From NCBI GenBank assembly GCA_965242965.1, contig OZ251518.1, positions 1,600,001 to 1,664,000 on the forward strand: a DNA stretch of 64,000 nucleotides, read 5' to 3'. Both the position numbers and the translations under genes were made by a program. The first letter of the stretch is position 1. Each line of letters begins with the position of its first letter. Below the pieces are notes generated by a model. That model did no database searches. It was not told the origin of the DNA and was given only the letters and a program-made list of their open reading frames with translations. Source of the stretch: Candidatus Poribacteria bacterium. Lineage in GTDB: Bacteria; Poribacteria; WGA-4E; WGA-3G. Shown here piece after piece: positions 30,439-40,882 of this stretch.

Positions 30439-30930
30439 TTACGAAACCGCTTGCTCAATCTTCTCAAAGATTTTGCGTGCAATGCAGCGCGTTGTTTCCA
30501 CCGGCACCTCGCCGCCGACCTCGGCTACTAACACAACGACGGTATGCTGCACGAACAGGAAATTCGCACCAGCCTGCCAGACTACGTCACCGAGGCCGTG
30601 CTCCGCATTCGGTGCGGGTTGATAGTAGGAACGCTCTCCAGGGCGTGATGCCGATATTGGGGCGGACCGCGTTGAGAGCCGGGCTCTGCCTTCGTCAGCA
30701 GCGGTGCGCGCCGTAGCCGGTGAATCGAAAAACCAATAATGGAGCGCGACCTGCTGTGCAGCCGTGTGGTTTAACCACCATCTATCGCGCCAACCGAATT
30801 CGGCAACGGGCGGCTTGGGGGCCGTTGGAGAATAGAGTTCCTGTGAGGAAGCGAGGCGCGCAGCGAACGCCGATAAGTCAGCTGCCGTGAGTTGAATGGA
30901 TGCTAGCGTAAGGTTCATGTTTTTCATCAT
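30439..30930 (-). CDS. Hypothetical protein
   Basis: 163-codon ORF filling the gap; no recognised motif. Confidence 0.55.
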   Translation of the reverse strand: MMKNMNLTLASIQLTAADLSAFAARLASSQELYSPTAPKPPVAEFGWRDRWWLNHTAAQQVALHYWFFDSPATARTAADEGRARLSTRSAPISASRPGERSYYQPAPNAEHGLGDVVWQAGANFLFVQHTVVVLVAEVGGEVPVETTRCIARKIFEKIEQAVS

Positions 30931-31005
30931 AACACGCTCGCGAGAAAATGTCAAATTAATTTTTTGTGAAGATTCTCGCCGCATCCTCCAACTAACTAAC
31001 TAGCT

Positions 31006-31268
31006 AAGGGTGTTTCATAAATCGATGCACAAAGGTATCGGGCCCACCTCTGTAGTTCGAGATCGCCTGATCTCGAACGGGTCAGGATCAGGCGATCCTG
31101 ACCTACAGGGGTGATGCAGTCTCATAGCAAAACGCATGGCGAGGGACAGGCCCTCGCCCTACGTGAAGGGGCGGCGTTTTTTTCATCGTAGCGCGGGGCC
31201 CCTCGGATGCCACACGCGCATCCGAGCGGGTTTCCCCCGCGCCGTTGAGCGATATATGAAACACCCTC
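31006..31268. mobile_element. TIR-bounded REP cassette
   Basis: aagggtgtttcataa ... atatgaaacaccctc. Confidence 0.8.
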
Positions 31269-31359
31269 AACTAAATAACACGAGTAGTGACATCAAAACC
31301 CCGTAGTCGCGGTTTTTTAACCGCGTGTATGAGGAGGCAGCTGCGCAGCATAAACAGAT

Positions 31360-32598
31360 ATGAAAATTTTAGCACGGTATATACTCAGAGAGTTTTTTCC
31401 ACCTTTTATCATAGCACTCACCTGTTTAACCTTCATCCTCATCTTCAATGACCTTTTTCGGTTGACGCAACTCTTCGTGCAGAAGGAGGTAAATCCGCTT
31501 TACCTCATCGAACTGCTCATCTACGTCATGCCGGCGACGTTAGTGTTGACAATCCCCATGGCGAGTCTCGTCGCAATTCTGCTGGCACTCGGGCGGTTTT
31601 CTACCGATAACGAAATCGTGGCGATGAAGGCGCACGGCATCGGCTTCCATCAGGTAATGATACCGCTGTTAGTTTTGACAGGCGTGTTGAGCATCATTGA
31701 CTTGGGATTGATAGACTACGCGATGCCGCAGGCGAACCGCGCTTACGCCACACTCACGCGCGACATCCGCAGGCACAACCCGGCTGTCGTGCTGGAAGAA
31801 GCCACCGTCATGAAGGAGTTGGAGAGCGAAGGTAAACTCTGGATGTATGAATCCACAGATGCAGTCAGCGGCCGGATGCAGAACGTCAAAATCTGGGACG
31901 GTATCTGGAACGGCAAACCGCGCTTTAGCCACGCACGAGAGGCAGTCCTCGGATTCCAAAGTGGACGAGCGGTGTTGACGCTTTACGATGGACACACTTA
32001 TGAACCCGCCACCGACAATTCGGATAGTTTCCGGGTGACAGCGTTTCAAAAACAAGAACTCGCGCTGCAATTAAAGGAAGACTTGGAACGGGGTGAATTT
32101 CAAAACCAGACACCGCGGACGATGAGTTTATCTCAACTGCAAACGTTTGTCACCGCATTGCAAAAATCGGTGCAAACCAGCGAGAACCCGGCGTATACCC
32201 TCAAGCGACTCCGCGATGCCGAAGTGGAGTATCACAAAAAGTTAGCTATTCCGTTCGCGTGCCTAGCGTTTGGATTAATCGGGGTCCCGCTGGGAATGAT
32301 GGTGAAACGGAGTGGCAAGATGATCGGGTTTGGCATCGGATTAGTGCTGTGTGCCGCCTATTATCTGCTGCTCCAGGTGGGACAGAGCGCGGGGTTGAAC
32401 GGCGTTCTCTCTCCGGTTTTCGCCATGTGGCTGCCGAATATCGTTATCGGCGTGCTCGGCATCGTCCTGAACATCAGCATCATCGGCGAAGGGAAACTCC
32501 GCGCGTGGCGAGAGAAGGATAGCAAAGTGGCTCTGAATCGCGCGTTTCATCCGAGTCATGAAAGCGCGTCGGTGCATACCGGCAATTCACCCGACTAA
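31360..32598 (+). CDS. lptF: LPS export permease LptF
   Basis: ILARYILREF, DNEIVAMKAHG, EYHKKLAIPFAC and AMWLPN motifs. Confidence 0.88.
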   Translation: MKILARYILREFFPPFIIALTCLTFILIFNDLFRLTQLFVQKEVNPLYLIELLIYVMPATLVLTIPMASLVAILLALGRFSTDNEIVAMKAHGIGFHQVMIPLLVLTGVLSIIDLGLIDYAMPQANRAYATLTRDIRRHNPAVVLEEATVMKELESEGKLWMYESTDAVSGRMQNVKIWDGIWNGKPRFSHAREAVLGFQSGRAVLTLYDGHTYEPATDNSDSFRVTAFQKQELALQLKEDLERGEFQNQTPRTMSLSQLQTFVTALQKSVQTSENPAYTLKRLRDAEVEYHKKLAIPFACLAFGLIGVPLGMMVKRSGKMIGFGIGLVLCAAYYLLLQVGQSAGLNGVLSPVFAMWLPNIVIGVLGIVLNISIIGEGKLRAWREKDSKVALNRAFHPSHESASVHTGNSPD

Positions 32599-32646
32599 GA
32601 GTAGGCGCGGTTTGCAACTACGCAAAATTTAAGCACCACGACAAAA

Positions 32647-33714
32647 ATGAACATTTTAGACCGGTACCTGCTTCGGGAATATCTCAAAGCCTTCATGGTG
32701 GCACTCTTGTTCCTCAGCGCGTTGATTGTCCTCGTCCGTTTGTTAGACTATGACATCAAAAAATTTGAGGACGAGATTGACTATGTCACCGCCATCAAAA
32801 TTGTGCTTTATCAAGCACCACGCCGAATCATGGAGATGGTGCCTATCACGGGATTCATCGCTGTCTTTTTTGTGCTAGGCAGAATGGTGCGGAGCAACGA
32901 GTGGACGGCCATGAAGGCAGGCGGCTTGAGCGTTTATCGACTGCTTGCGCCTATCCTCATCGTAACGCTGCTCATCTGTGTGCTTTTCGCGCTCTTCTAC
33001 GATAGGGTTGCGGCACCGGCATTCCATCACGCGCACCTTTTGCAAAACAAGGTGCCGTCTCGCCGCGGCAGAAATATCCTCTTCAAAGGGATGGATGGCC
33101 GCATCTTCTTCTCTCGGCGCATCGATCTGGCATCGCAGAGCATCCATCAGTTAACCATTTACGAATACGACGAAAACAGACAACTCTCCCGCGTCACCTT
33201 TGCCAAGTCGGCGACATGGACACAGCATCCCGCGCAGTGGGACTTAGCCGATGGCTATGTCCGCGAGTTTGAGGCAGGGAAAGAGGTATCGTATGAGACG
33301 TTCACCGCGCGACAGATAGAACGCTACGAGGAACCGTCGCGATTTATCGGTAGTGACAAAGACCCGAGGGCGATGACTATCGCCGAGCTCCGGGAGCAGA
33401 TTGCCTATAAACAGGCCGCCGGTCAGATTTCGCGCCGGGAGCAGGTGAAGTTATATCACAAAACGGCGTATCCGTTCGCGGCGGTTGTTGTCGTCATGCT
33501 CGGCGCGCCGATTGCCATCCGATTCGGCAGAACCGGCTTCTTCGCGGGTTTGGTAATCGCCTTTTTCCTGTCGTTTCTCTACTGGGCCCTCTCCTTCGCG
33601 ACGCTGGAGGGGCTCAGCATAAATGGGAAACTTCATCCCTTTGTGGCGTGTTGGGGAGCGAATATCCTGTATGCGACTGTCGGGAGCCTCCTAATTTGGC
33701 GGACACCGAAATAG
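32647..33714 (+). CDS. lptG: LPS export permease LptG
   Basis: ILDRYLLREY, NEWTAMKAGGLS; tandem with lptF. Confidence 0.88.
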   Translation: MNILDRYLLREYLKAFMVALLFLSALIVLVRLLDYDIKKFEDEIDYVTAIKIVLYQAPRRIMEMVPITGFIAVFFVLGRMVRSNEWTAMKAGGLSVYRLLAPILIVTLLICVLFALFYDRVAAPAFHHAHLLQNKVPSRRGRNILFKGMDGRIFFSRRIDLASQSIHQLTIYEYDENRQLSRVTFAKSATWTQHPAQWDLADGYVREFEAGKEVSYETFTARQIERYEEPSRFIGSDKDPRAMTIAELREQIAYKQAAGQISRREQVKLYHKTAYPFAAVVVVMLGAPIAIRFGRTGFFAGLVIAFFLSFLYWALSFATLEGLSINGKLHPFVACWGANILYATVGSLLIWRTPK

Positions 33715-33715
33715 G

Positions 33716-34005
33716 AGCAGGATTGAGCAAGATTGAGCAGGATTGAGCAAGATTAGCAAGATTGGAGCAGGATTTACACGGTCACGCCAGTCAAGACGAT
33801 CAGGTTTTCCTGATTGTCCCTCTTCCACGATTTACCACGATTATAGAACCTGATGCACCAATGCCCCGTGGCTTGCCACAACCGGGCCGGCGCACCAGAG
33901 CTCTAATCCTGTGAAATCTTGTAAATCGTGCAAATCCTGCTCCTAATCCTGTGCAATCTTGTAAATCGTGCAAATCCTGCTCGGATTTCCAAGATTGAGC
34001 AGGAT
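33716..34005. repeat. Inverted pair of 9-10-bp tandem arrays (gagcaRgatt / aatcYtgY)
   Basis: 33716-33775 and 33904-33982 lie in opposite orientations. Confidence 0.75.
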
Positions 34006-34050
34006 GAGCGCGTGTTTTGGCAGCACCGCAAAAGGCTATTGGCGAATTTC

Positions 34051-34638
34051 ATGGTGATGACAACGAAAACTCTGGGCAATTTTTTCTTCAAAATCCGCAG
34101 TTTCACGCCGATTCCGTTCATCTTCGCGCTGCTCTATTTCGCGAAACCTACATGGCAGACGACAACCCTCGGTCTCGCGTTCATGATTATCGGCGAATTT
34201 TTGCGGATATGGGCTGTCGGTTATGCCGGTGCTTCCACGCGCGCGCGAACCCTCGGTGCCGCGAGAGATTTGGTTACGACAGGGCCTTACGGTTATGTCC
34301 GAAACCCGCTTTATCTCGGCAATTTTTTGCTCAGTTTCGGCGTATGTCTCGTTGCGAATGTCACTTGGCTCATCCCGATTCTTGTCCTTGGATATGTCTT
34401 ACAGTATCTGCCTATCGTCGCCGTTGAGGAGGGGTATCTGTTAGAGGCGTGCGGGGTTGTCTATCAAGCGTATCAGGAGAGAGTGCCGCGGTTTCTGCCG
34501 CGTTTGCAACCTTATCCGCAACCCTCATGCCACGATTTTTCTTGGGCGCGGGCAATCAGCAGTGAAAAACGGACTTTGACAGCGATTATCTGCGTGTTGG
34601 GATTGCTCTTCGCCAAGGCAGCGCTGCATCCCTATTAA
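34051..34638 (+). CDS. Isoprenylcysteine carboxyl methyltransferase/PEMT-family membrane protein
   Basis: LRIWA.G, LVTTGPYGYVRNPLYLGN, EE.YL and Y..RVPRFLP motifs. Confidence 0.85.
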   Translation: MVMTTKTLGNFFFKIRSFTPIPFIFALLYFAKPTWQTTTLGLAFMIIGEFLRIWAVGYAGASTRARTLGAARDLVTTGPYGYVRNPLYLGNFLLSFGVCLVANVTWLIPILVLGYVLQYLPIVAVEEGYLLEACGVVYQAYQERVPRFLPRLQPYPQPSCHDFSWARAISSEKRTLTAIICVLGLLFAKAALHPY

Positions 34639-34641
34639 CCT

Positions 34642-35205
34642 GAAGGTGTTTCATATATCAATGTCTTCCCCGTAGGAGAGCCCTCCCAGTCTCGATGGCT
34701 CCTCGGTAGGAGAGCCCTCTGGTCTCGATGCGTTCGGGGGGGCATAGGGCGCGTGCCTGTCCCTCGCCGAATATGAGCAGGATTTTCAAGATTTGCAAGA
34801 TTAGCAGGATTAGGGGTTTTTATCGCGCCGAAACATCTCTTTAGGTCTGTAAGACCTTAATGTCTATAGCATCCTGCATCGCAAAGCACCCTAAGGTCTG
34901 TAAGACCTTAATGTGCCGCTGCTCACTTGGCTGCCGCTGGATTAAGGTCCTAACGGACCTTGAAAACTACGGAAACCTCGTTTTTCTATAGACATGCAGG
35001 TCCTAACGGACCTGAAGAGCATTCTTTCCTAAAACACCCCGCCTCCCACCGTAGGGCTTGGGCCCTCGCATGCCATACGCGCATGCGAGCGGGTTTCCCT
35101 CGCCATGCCTCGGTCTTAACAGCAAACGTTCGTGGCATCTTGGGCTGCGGAGGTTTCTCGTTTTGGGAGAGATCGCGGGGGACAGGCCCCCGCGCTACGG
35201 TAGCG
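34642..35205. repeat. REP cassette with degenerate left TIR
   Basis: gaaggtgtttcata at 34642; REPs, 9-mer array and AGGTC/CTATAG module. Confidence 0.75.
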
Positions 35206-35231
35206 GCAGCGTTTTTTTTCGCGAAATAACC

Positions 35232-35437
35232 TTGACAAAAAATGCGACATTTGCTAAAATAATATTAGTTTTAAACATTTTTGGCGATTTTTCGCGGGAA
35301 TTTGACTGTTTTCACGATTTTTCCCAGAAAAACGTTGACAAAAAATGCGAAAGTTGCTAAAATAGAACCAGTTTTAACGTTTTTGGCGATTTTCCGCAAA
35401 AAAAATGTTTGACATTTATTGCATGTTCGTGTATCAT
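35232..35437 (+). promoter_or_regulatory. Three tandem sigma70 promoters
   Basis: TTGACA-17-TAAAAT at 35232 and 35335 (duplicated ~64-bp unit); TTGACA-17-TATCAT at 35409. Confidence 0.65.
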
Positions 35438-35991
35438 CAATGCAAACGTGGTGATACGAGCGAAAAAACGTGCCACCGCGAGACCGAAACCGAACACAAG
35501 GAACGATACCGTGAACCAGCGAATTGATTATGCCATTGCGAAAAAGGTCACCGTAGACCTGCTTGGGCATCGAGAGATGCACGTTTGCCGTGCGTCTATG
35601 CCCGTTGTCGCGCCGTCACGACGCGTTCCCGTTCGGCTTAATGCCCGTAGGGGAGGCTCGACCCCCCCCGACACCCACAGGCGTTAAGCAAAGTTTATTC
35701 GCTTGACAGCGGCGATTTTCGTCGTCATTTTGTCATCGACCCCGCACGCATTCTTTGCGTGGCGGGTTATTTTCGTTGCATCGGGACTGGCCCGATGCAT
35801 TTCCCTGCCACATTTCCGGTTACACCGGTTTCCGTTGTTCTTTCCCCTATTTGTTCCAAGGACACTGCGCGCGGCTTTTTGCCGTACAGGATGCCGTCGC
35901 CGCGCTTTTGGGAGGAATGCAGCAAACCGAATGCACTCGGAGCACTTGTGGCAAGTCAAACGGTTTTCATTTCCCTTAGGGAGGGATTACC

Positions 35992-36927
35992 ATGCGTATC
36001 TCAATGAGACTTGGCGTGATGTTGATGATACTACTGGGGCTAGCCTGGCTGGTTCCGGTACCTCTTTCGGTAGTCTCCGCGCACACCGAGGAGGTTGAAC
36101 TCCAACGCCGCGTTGATGAAATCAGACGCGATATAGATGAGAAAGTGGATAATGAGTTTGCGAGAATCAGCGAAGAACTGAAATGGCGGGATACCTCCCT
36201 GAGTTGGCGAGGTAGATCTATTGATAGATGGTTGGTGGTTCTCGGCATCATCATTACCGTTTTCGCCGTGGTGATTGCTGTTCTCGCTGCCTGCGGGTTC
36301 TATGAGTTTCGGAAACTTAGAAACCAGGCTGAAGAAATTACTGATGCCATCAAGGACGCTAAAAGCAAAGCGGATGAAGCCGCGGAGAAGGCCCAGGCAG
36401 CTGCAGAGAGGGCAAATGCAGCGGCCCGGCAATCCTTGTTTGAGAAAAGGGGATCAGACCTCGATCTCTCACGGCGTTCTCCTATAGAGGCGCAAGAAAG
36501 CATCCCGGTTCACAACGCGAGTTCCGATGTTACCGCTAGTCACGAAGCCCAGACGACAGGTTCGCATGAGGCCGATATTTCTTACGAGGAAGCGGTTGCG
36601 AAGTTGACGCACCAGGACTATCGGGGTGCTATTGGTGATTTTGATCGAGTCATTGCTCTCAATCCAGACTACGCTGGAGGTTACAATGGGCGCGGGTTTG
36701 CGCGGAAGATGCTCGGGCAATACTATACAGCCCGAGAGGATTTTGATGCAGCGGTGAGGCGCAACCCGCACTATGTGAGAGCTTACATTAACCGTGGACT
36801 GGCGAATGCCAGCCTAGGCGAGACTGAGGCAGCGAAAGCGGATTGGGGTAAGGCATTAGATTTGGCTGAACAACAAGGCCTCACCGAGCTCATACACTTT
36901 ATTAAGGGGCTACTGCGTGACATTTAG
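35992..36927 (+). CDS. Membrane-anchored coiled-coil TPR protein
   Basis: RBS ggagg; signal peptide, TM helix, coiled coil, three TPR units. Confidence 0.8.
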   Translation: MRISMRLGVMLMILLGLAWLVPVPLSVVSAHTEEVELQRRVDEIRRDIDEKVDNEFARISEELKWRDTSLSWRGRSIDRWLVVLGIIITVFAVVIAVLAACGFYEFRKLRNQAEEITDAIKDAKSKADEAAEKAQAAAERANAAARQSLFEKRGSDLDLSRRSPIEAQESIPVHNASSDVTASHEAQTTGSHEADISYEEAVAKLTHQDYRGAIGDFDRVIALNPDYAGGYNGRGFARKMLGQYYTAREDFDAAVRRNPHYVRAYINRGLANASLGETEAAKADWGKALDLAEQQGLTELIHFIKGLLRDI

Positions 36928-37069
36928 CCATTTTTGCTATCGTAAGTCGGCACCGCGGCCTATTTTGGAACCTTTTCCATATTCGCGGGAGGCACTGCCT
37001 CGCCGAAAGGCGGCTGCAACCTCCCGCCGCAACCCCAGATACGTTATCTGGAGACGAACGACGATTAAT

Positions 37070-37249
37070 TGTCTGAATCAGGATTCACAAGATTATAGGA
37101 TTTACAAAATTAGGAGTCTCTTGTCAGAGAAAACCTGCTGTTCCTAGTGAAGCAATCTCTGGGTCGAAATCTCAAGGGGATGCCCTTTGGATAAGTGGGG
37201 TGCTCATAATCCTGCTAATCCTATAATCCCGTAAATCCTGATTCAGACA
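37070..37249. mobile_element. 180-bp element with 16-bp perfect inverted ends built on 9-bp repeats
   Basis: tgtctgaatcaggatt (37070-37085) / aatcctgattcagaca (37234-37249); the same end occurs at ~40566. Confidence 0.65.
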
Positions 37250-37422
37250 GAAGAATGTGGGCGGATAGCGACACTATTTGCCCTTACCATGCCGACAAGG
37301 CACATACAAACCGGGCGGGCCCTGTGCCCGCCCACACCACAGGGGGAGATATCCCCTTAACGTTAGGGCGGCCCGGGCTGTTTGAGGCCAGAGCCGCCCA
37401 CTTTCAAAAGGAGCAATCTATC

Positions 37423-39015
37423 ATGAAAAAATTGACGCTTTTAACCTTAACATTGGTGTTGACAGCAGCGATGGCACTGACGACCGCCAACGCGCAACAA
37501 TACGTCCGCACCGACACCCTGACAAGACACGCGAAAAGTTTCAATGCGATAGCCTTCAAGGATAACGATACGCTTATCAGTGGGGGTGCAGACAGCACCC
37601 TCCGCGCCTGGGATGTCACCACCGGCAGACAACGCTGGGAAAAGGATGTCGGTAATATAGTCCGCGCCGTCGCGCTGCCCTCGCATAACCCCCACTTCAT
37701 CGCCTATGGTGGGAAGGATAATCATAACATTCGGATGCGCTATAGCGCCGATGGCGACTGGCGCGGCTCGGTGGAGGGGCATACAAAAAGTGTCTATAGC
37801 CTCGCCTTCAAGCCGAACAGTTATCTACTAGCAAGTGGGAGTGGGGACAATACCATCCGGATCTGGGATGTGGGTGATAACACCAACCTGCGGCATGTGC
37901 GCACACTGCGGGGGCATACGGTTGCAGTCAGGTCGGTTGCGTGGAGTCCGGATGGTAGCACGCTGGCGAGTGCGAGTAGTGATGGCACGGTGCGGTTGTG
38001 GAATCCAAACAACGGCATCAACTTTGCCGTGCTGCGGGGGCATACGGACCGAGTCTGGTGCGTGGCGTGGAGTCCGGATGGCCGCATCCTCGCGAGTGGG
38101 AGTCATGACTACACCGTCCGCCTCTGGGATCCGGATACGCACGACATCCGGCGCGTGCTGCGGGGGCATACGAATTATGTCCGTTCCTTAGCGTTCCATC
38201 CAAACGGGGAGACGCTGGCGAGTGGAAGTTCCGACGAGATCCGCTTGTGGAATCCGAACACGGGTGCCCACAAAGCCACGCTCACGGGACACATAGGCAC
38301 GCTCAGCCTCTTAGCATTTTCACCGAATGGGCAGATTCTCGCAGGCAGGGGGACTAATGCTCTAGACATCAATTTGTATCGGTTGCTTACGGTGGATGTG
38401 ACAGGGAATGGTAAAGTTAACGTGAACGATCTGGTTGAGGTAGCAAGAAACTACGGGAAAACCGTCGGTGGTGGTGCAAACCGGAAGGCGGATGTCAACG
38501 GCGATGGCAAGGTGGACATTGACGATCTCATTGCCGTCGCAGAGGCGGTGGATGCTGCAGCTGCACCTGCATTGGCACATGAAGACATTGAGACCGGGAG
38601 TCTACAAGCAGCAGATGTGCAGCGGTGGATTCGCGATGCAAAGGCAGCAAACGCAGACCCGGCGGGGATTGCTGCATTGGAGAGGCTCTTAGCGGCATTA
38701 ACGCGCGTTGAAACACAGCCGAAAGAGACAGTCCTGCTTGCGAATTATCCAAATCCGTTTAACCCAGAAACGTGGATACCGTATGAATTGGCAGAGGCCG
38801 CGGAGGTCACTGTCACTATCCATGCCTCGGACGGAAAACTGGTCCGCACACTGGAGTTCGGGCAGTTACCTGCCGGCATTTACCAAACGAAGAGTCGTGC
38901 GGCGTATTGGGATGGCCGCAATGCACAGGGTGAACCTGTCGCAAGTGGGGTCTATTTCTATACGCTCACGGCGGGAGATTTTTCTGCCACGCGCAAAATG
39001 CTCATCAGAAAATGA
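37423..39015 (+). CDS. Secreted WD40-repeat protein with dockerin-like EF-hands and FlgD/T9SS-like C-terminal domain
   Basis: RBS aaggag; GHT..V.SVAWSPDG..LAS.S.D.TVRLW repeats; DVNGDGKVDIDDL; LLANYPNPFNPETWIPY...YWDGRN..GE.VASGVYFY. Confidence 0.9.
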   Translation: MKKLTLLTLTLVLTAAMALTTANAQQYVRTDTLTRHAKSFNAIAFKDNDTLISGGADSTLRAWDVTTGRQRWEKDVGNIVRAVALPSHNPHFIAYGGKDNHNIRMRYSADGDWRGSVEGHTKSVYSLAFKPNSYLLASGSGDNTIRIWDVGDNTNLRHVRTLRGHTVAVRSVAWSPDGSTLASASSDGTVRLWNPNNGINFAVLRGHTDRVWCVAWSPDGRILASGSHDYTVRLWDPDTHDIRRVLRGHTNYVRSLAFHPNGETLASGSSDEIRLWNPNTGAHKATLTGHIGTLSLLAFSPNGQILAGRGTNALDINLYRLLTVDVTGNGKVNVNDLVEVARNYGKTVGGGANRKADVNGDGKVDIDDLIAVAEAVDAAAAPALAHEDIETGSLQAADVQRWIRDAKAANADPAGIAALERLLAALTRVETQPKETVLLANYPNPFNPETWIPYELAEAAEVTVTIHASDGKLVRTLEFGQLPAGIYQTKSRAAYWDGRNAQGEPVASGVYFYTLTAGDFSATRKMLIRK

Positions 39016-39115
39016 GTCGTTGGGGAGTGGGCGGATTTTTGAATTCGCCCATTTCCTACTAATCCCGCAAATTCTTTAACTTCGTAGATCTTGACTCAAC
39101 AAAGGAGGTTTACCA

Positions 39116-40281
39116 ATGGACATACTAAGCATTGGATCGCTATTGGTAATCGTTATTGGAATTCTCAATTTCGTCTATCGCTTTTTTATCCGCCGTGGAC
39201 CTGGTAAGCGTATTGTGATTGGGATCTTAAATTTCCTCCATCACTTTATTCGCCGTGAACATTCTAACGATAAGGCTGGCAGCGGAGAAGAGTCAAGGAT
39301 AAAAGTATTGGGAATCACCATCGACCCCAGAATAAGCGTTGGATCTCTATTAGCCATTGTCTTTGCAATCTTCACTTTCTGCCATACCGAATTTGTAGGT
39401 AAGGTAAAGAAGGACGAACCGCCGCCAACGAGCTCGGAAGCCAGCCTCCTGCCTCAGGACCCCCGTAAGGAAGAGAAGGGCAAACCGCTGCCAACGGCCC
39501 CTCGTGTTGATATAATTCCGACCGAGAAAAAGATGCCAACTCAACTGTTGACTGGCAAGTCCGGCAGCGGTATCCCTGAGACCGGGGAAGGGACTATTGT
39601 TCTGCAGCCAGCTCCGCAGACTTTCCCCTATCTGTTGGACAGCCCTGGGGTCATTGAAAACGCGGGAGGAGAAGGCACTTTCACCGACAAATATAATTTT
39701 GCTGAAGGTGAGTGTGGCACATCCGGCTTTATCAGCAAAGGGCCAACTGATGTCGTTATATTCACGCTGGAGAACAAATTCACAAACCTCAATGGAGGAA
39801 CCATCGAGGTTTGTGTAACCCCGCATCGCGATCCTAAAGAGGCTCTCCACAACTTCTCCTTACTCAGAATCCCGTCGCACGAGAAAAAAGCAGGGGTTAC
39901 GCTAAAAGTTGTTGGGATTGTAAATAAAGCCCCGGCAATTCGCATGCGAATTGTGATAAACCCTGAAATAGCCAAATCTGTGAGGAGCAGAGGCGTTCTC
40001 GATTGGGAAGTGAAAAAACATTACCATATAGCCGGAACCTGGGGACCCGAGGGGATGTATCTATACATGGCAAAAATGTGGGAGTCAACACCGACTTTAA
40101 AGAGAGCCCTAAAAGTCTTCAAGGGAAACTTGCGATTAATAATGACGGACTCAATGACGGACCTGACGATTCATTTAATAATCCAACTGAATGTGTCATT
40201 AGCAATCTTCAGATTTCCAACTATCAGAAGAGCGCAGAGGAGATCGAGGAGAGTTATCTTAAACTCCATCCAGATCCGTAA
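39116..40281 (+). pseudogene. Frameshifted membrane-anchored LamG/concanavalin-like protein
   Basis: GTIEV, HYHIAGTWG..GMYLY in one frame continue as GKNVG...ISNLQISNYQKSAEEI in another; break near 40066-40070. Confidence 0.65.
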
Positions 40282-40309
40282 TTTCCGAGGCGCATCCGTT
40301 GCCGAAAGT

Positions 40310-40880
40310 CTGTTGAGACCGGGAAGTCTCTCCTACGGGATGCGCGCTGGCCTGTCCCTCGCCATGCCTAAGGTCTTTTAAGTCCTTAATGTCTATAGCC
40401 CTCTTGGCTGCCGCTGGATTAAGATTAAGGTCCTAACGGACCTTGAAAACGGTGGCAGATCTATTTTTCTATAGACATGCAGGTCCTAACGGACCTGAAG
40501 AGGCATCCATTGCAAAAAACGCTAGCGGCGCGGGAGATAATCTTGTAAATCTTGTAAATCCTGCAAATCCTGATTCAGACAATTAGCATCGCGGGGGACA
40601 GGCCCCCGCGCTACGGTACCTAAAACACCCCTTCTCCCACCGTAGGGCGAGGGACAGGCCCTCGCCATGCATCGATCGTGACAGTAAACGTCCATGCCTC
40701 TTGGGCTGCGGACGTTTTTCGTTTCGGCGGAGAGATCGCGGGGGACAGGCCCCCGCGCTACGATAAAAAACGGTTATTGAATCATCGCAGAGGAAACCCG
40801 CTCGGATGCGCGTGTGGCATCCGAGGGCCCCGCGCTACGGTTAAAAACGGTCCCCTTTACCGTAGCGCGACGGCCCTCGC
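40310..40880. repeat. REP cluster
   Basis: AGGTC/CTATAG module, 9-mer array and GTAG REPs; 40590-40760 resembles 35030-35200. Confidence 0.8.
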
Positions 40881-40882
40881 AA

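Noticed and set aside
35662-35669. C8 tract as a phase switch for the TPR gene
   Set aside because: The frame of the TPR gene hits a stop at 35704-35706, so slippage would not fuse the ORFs.
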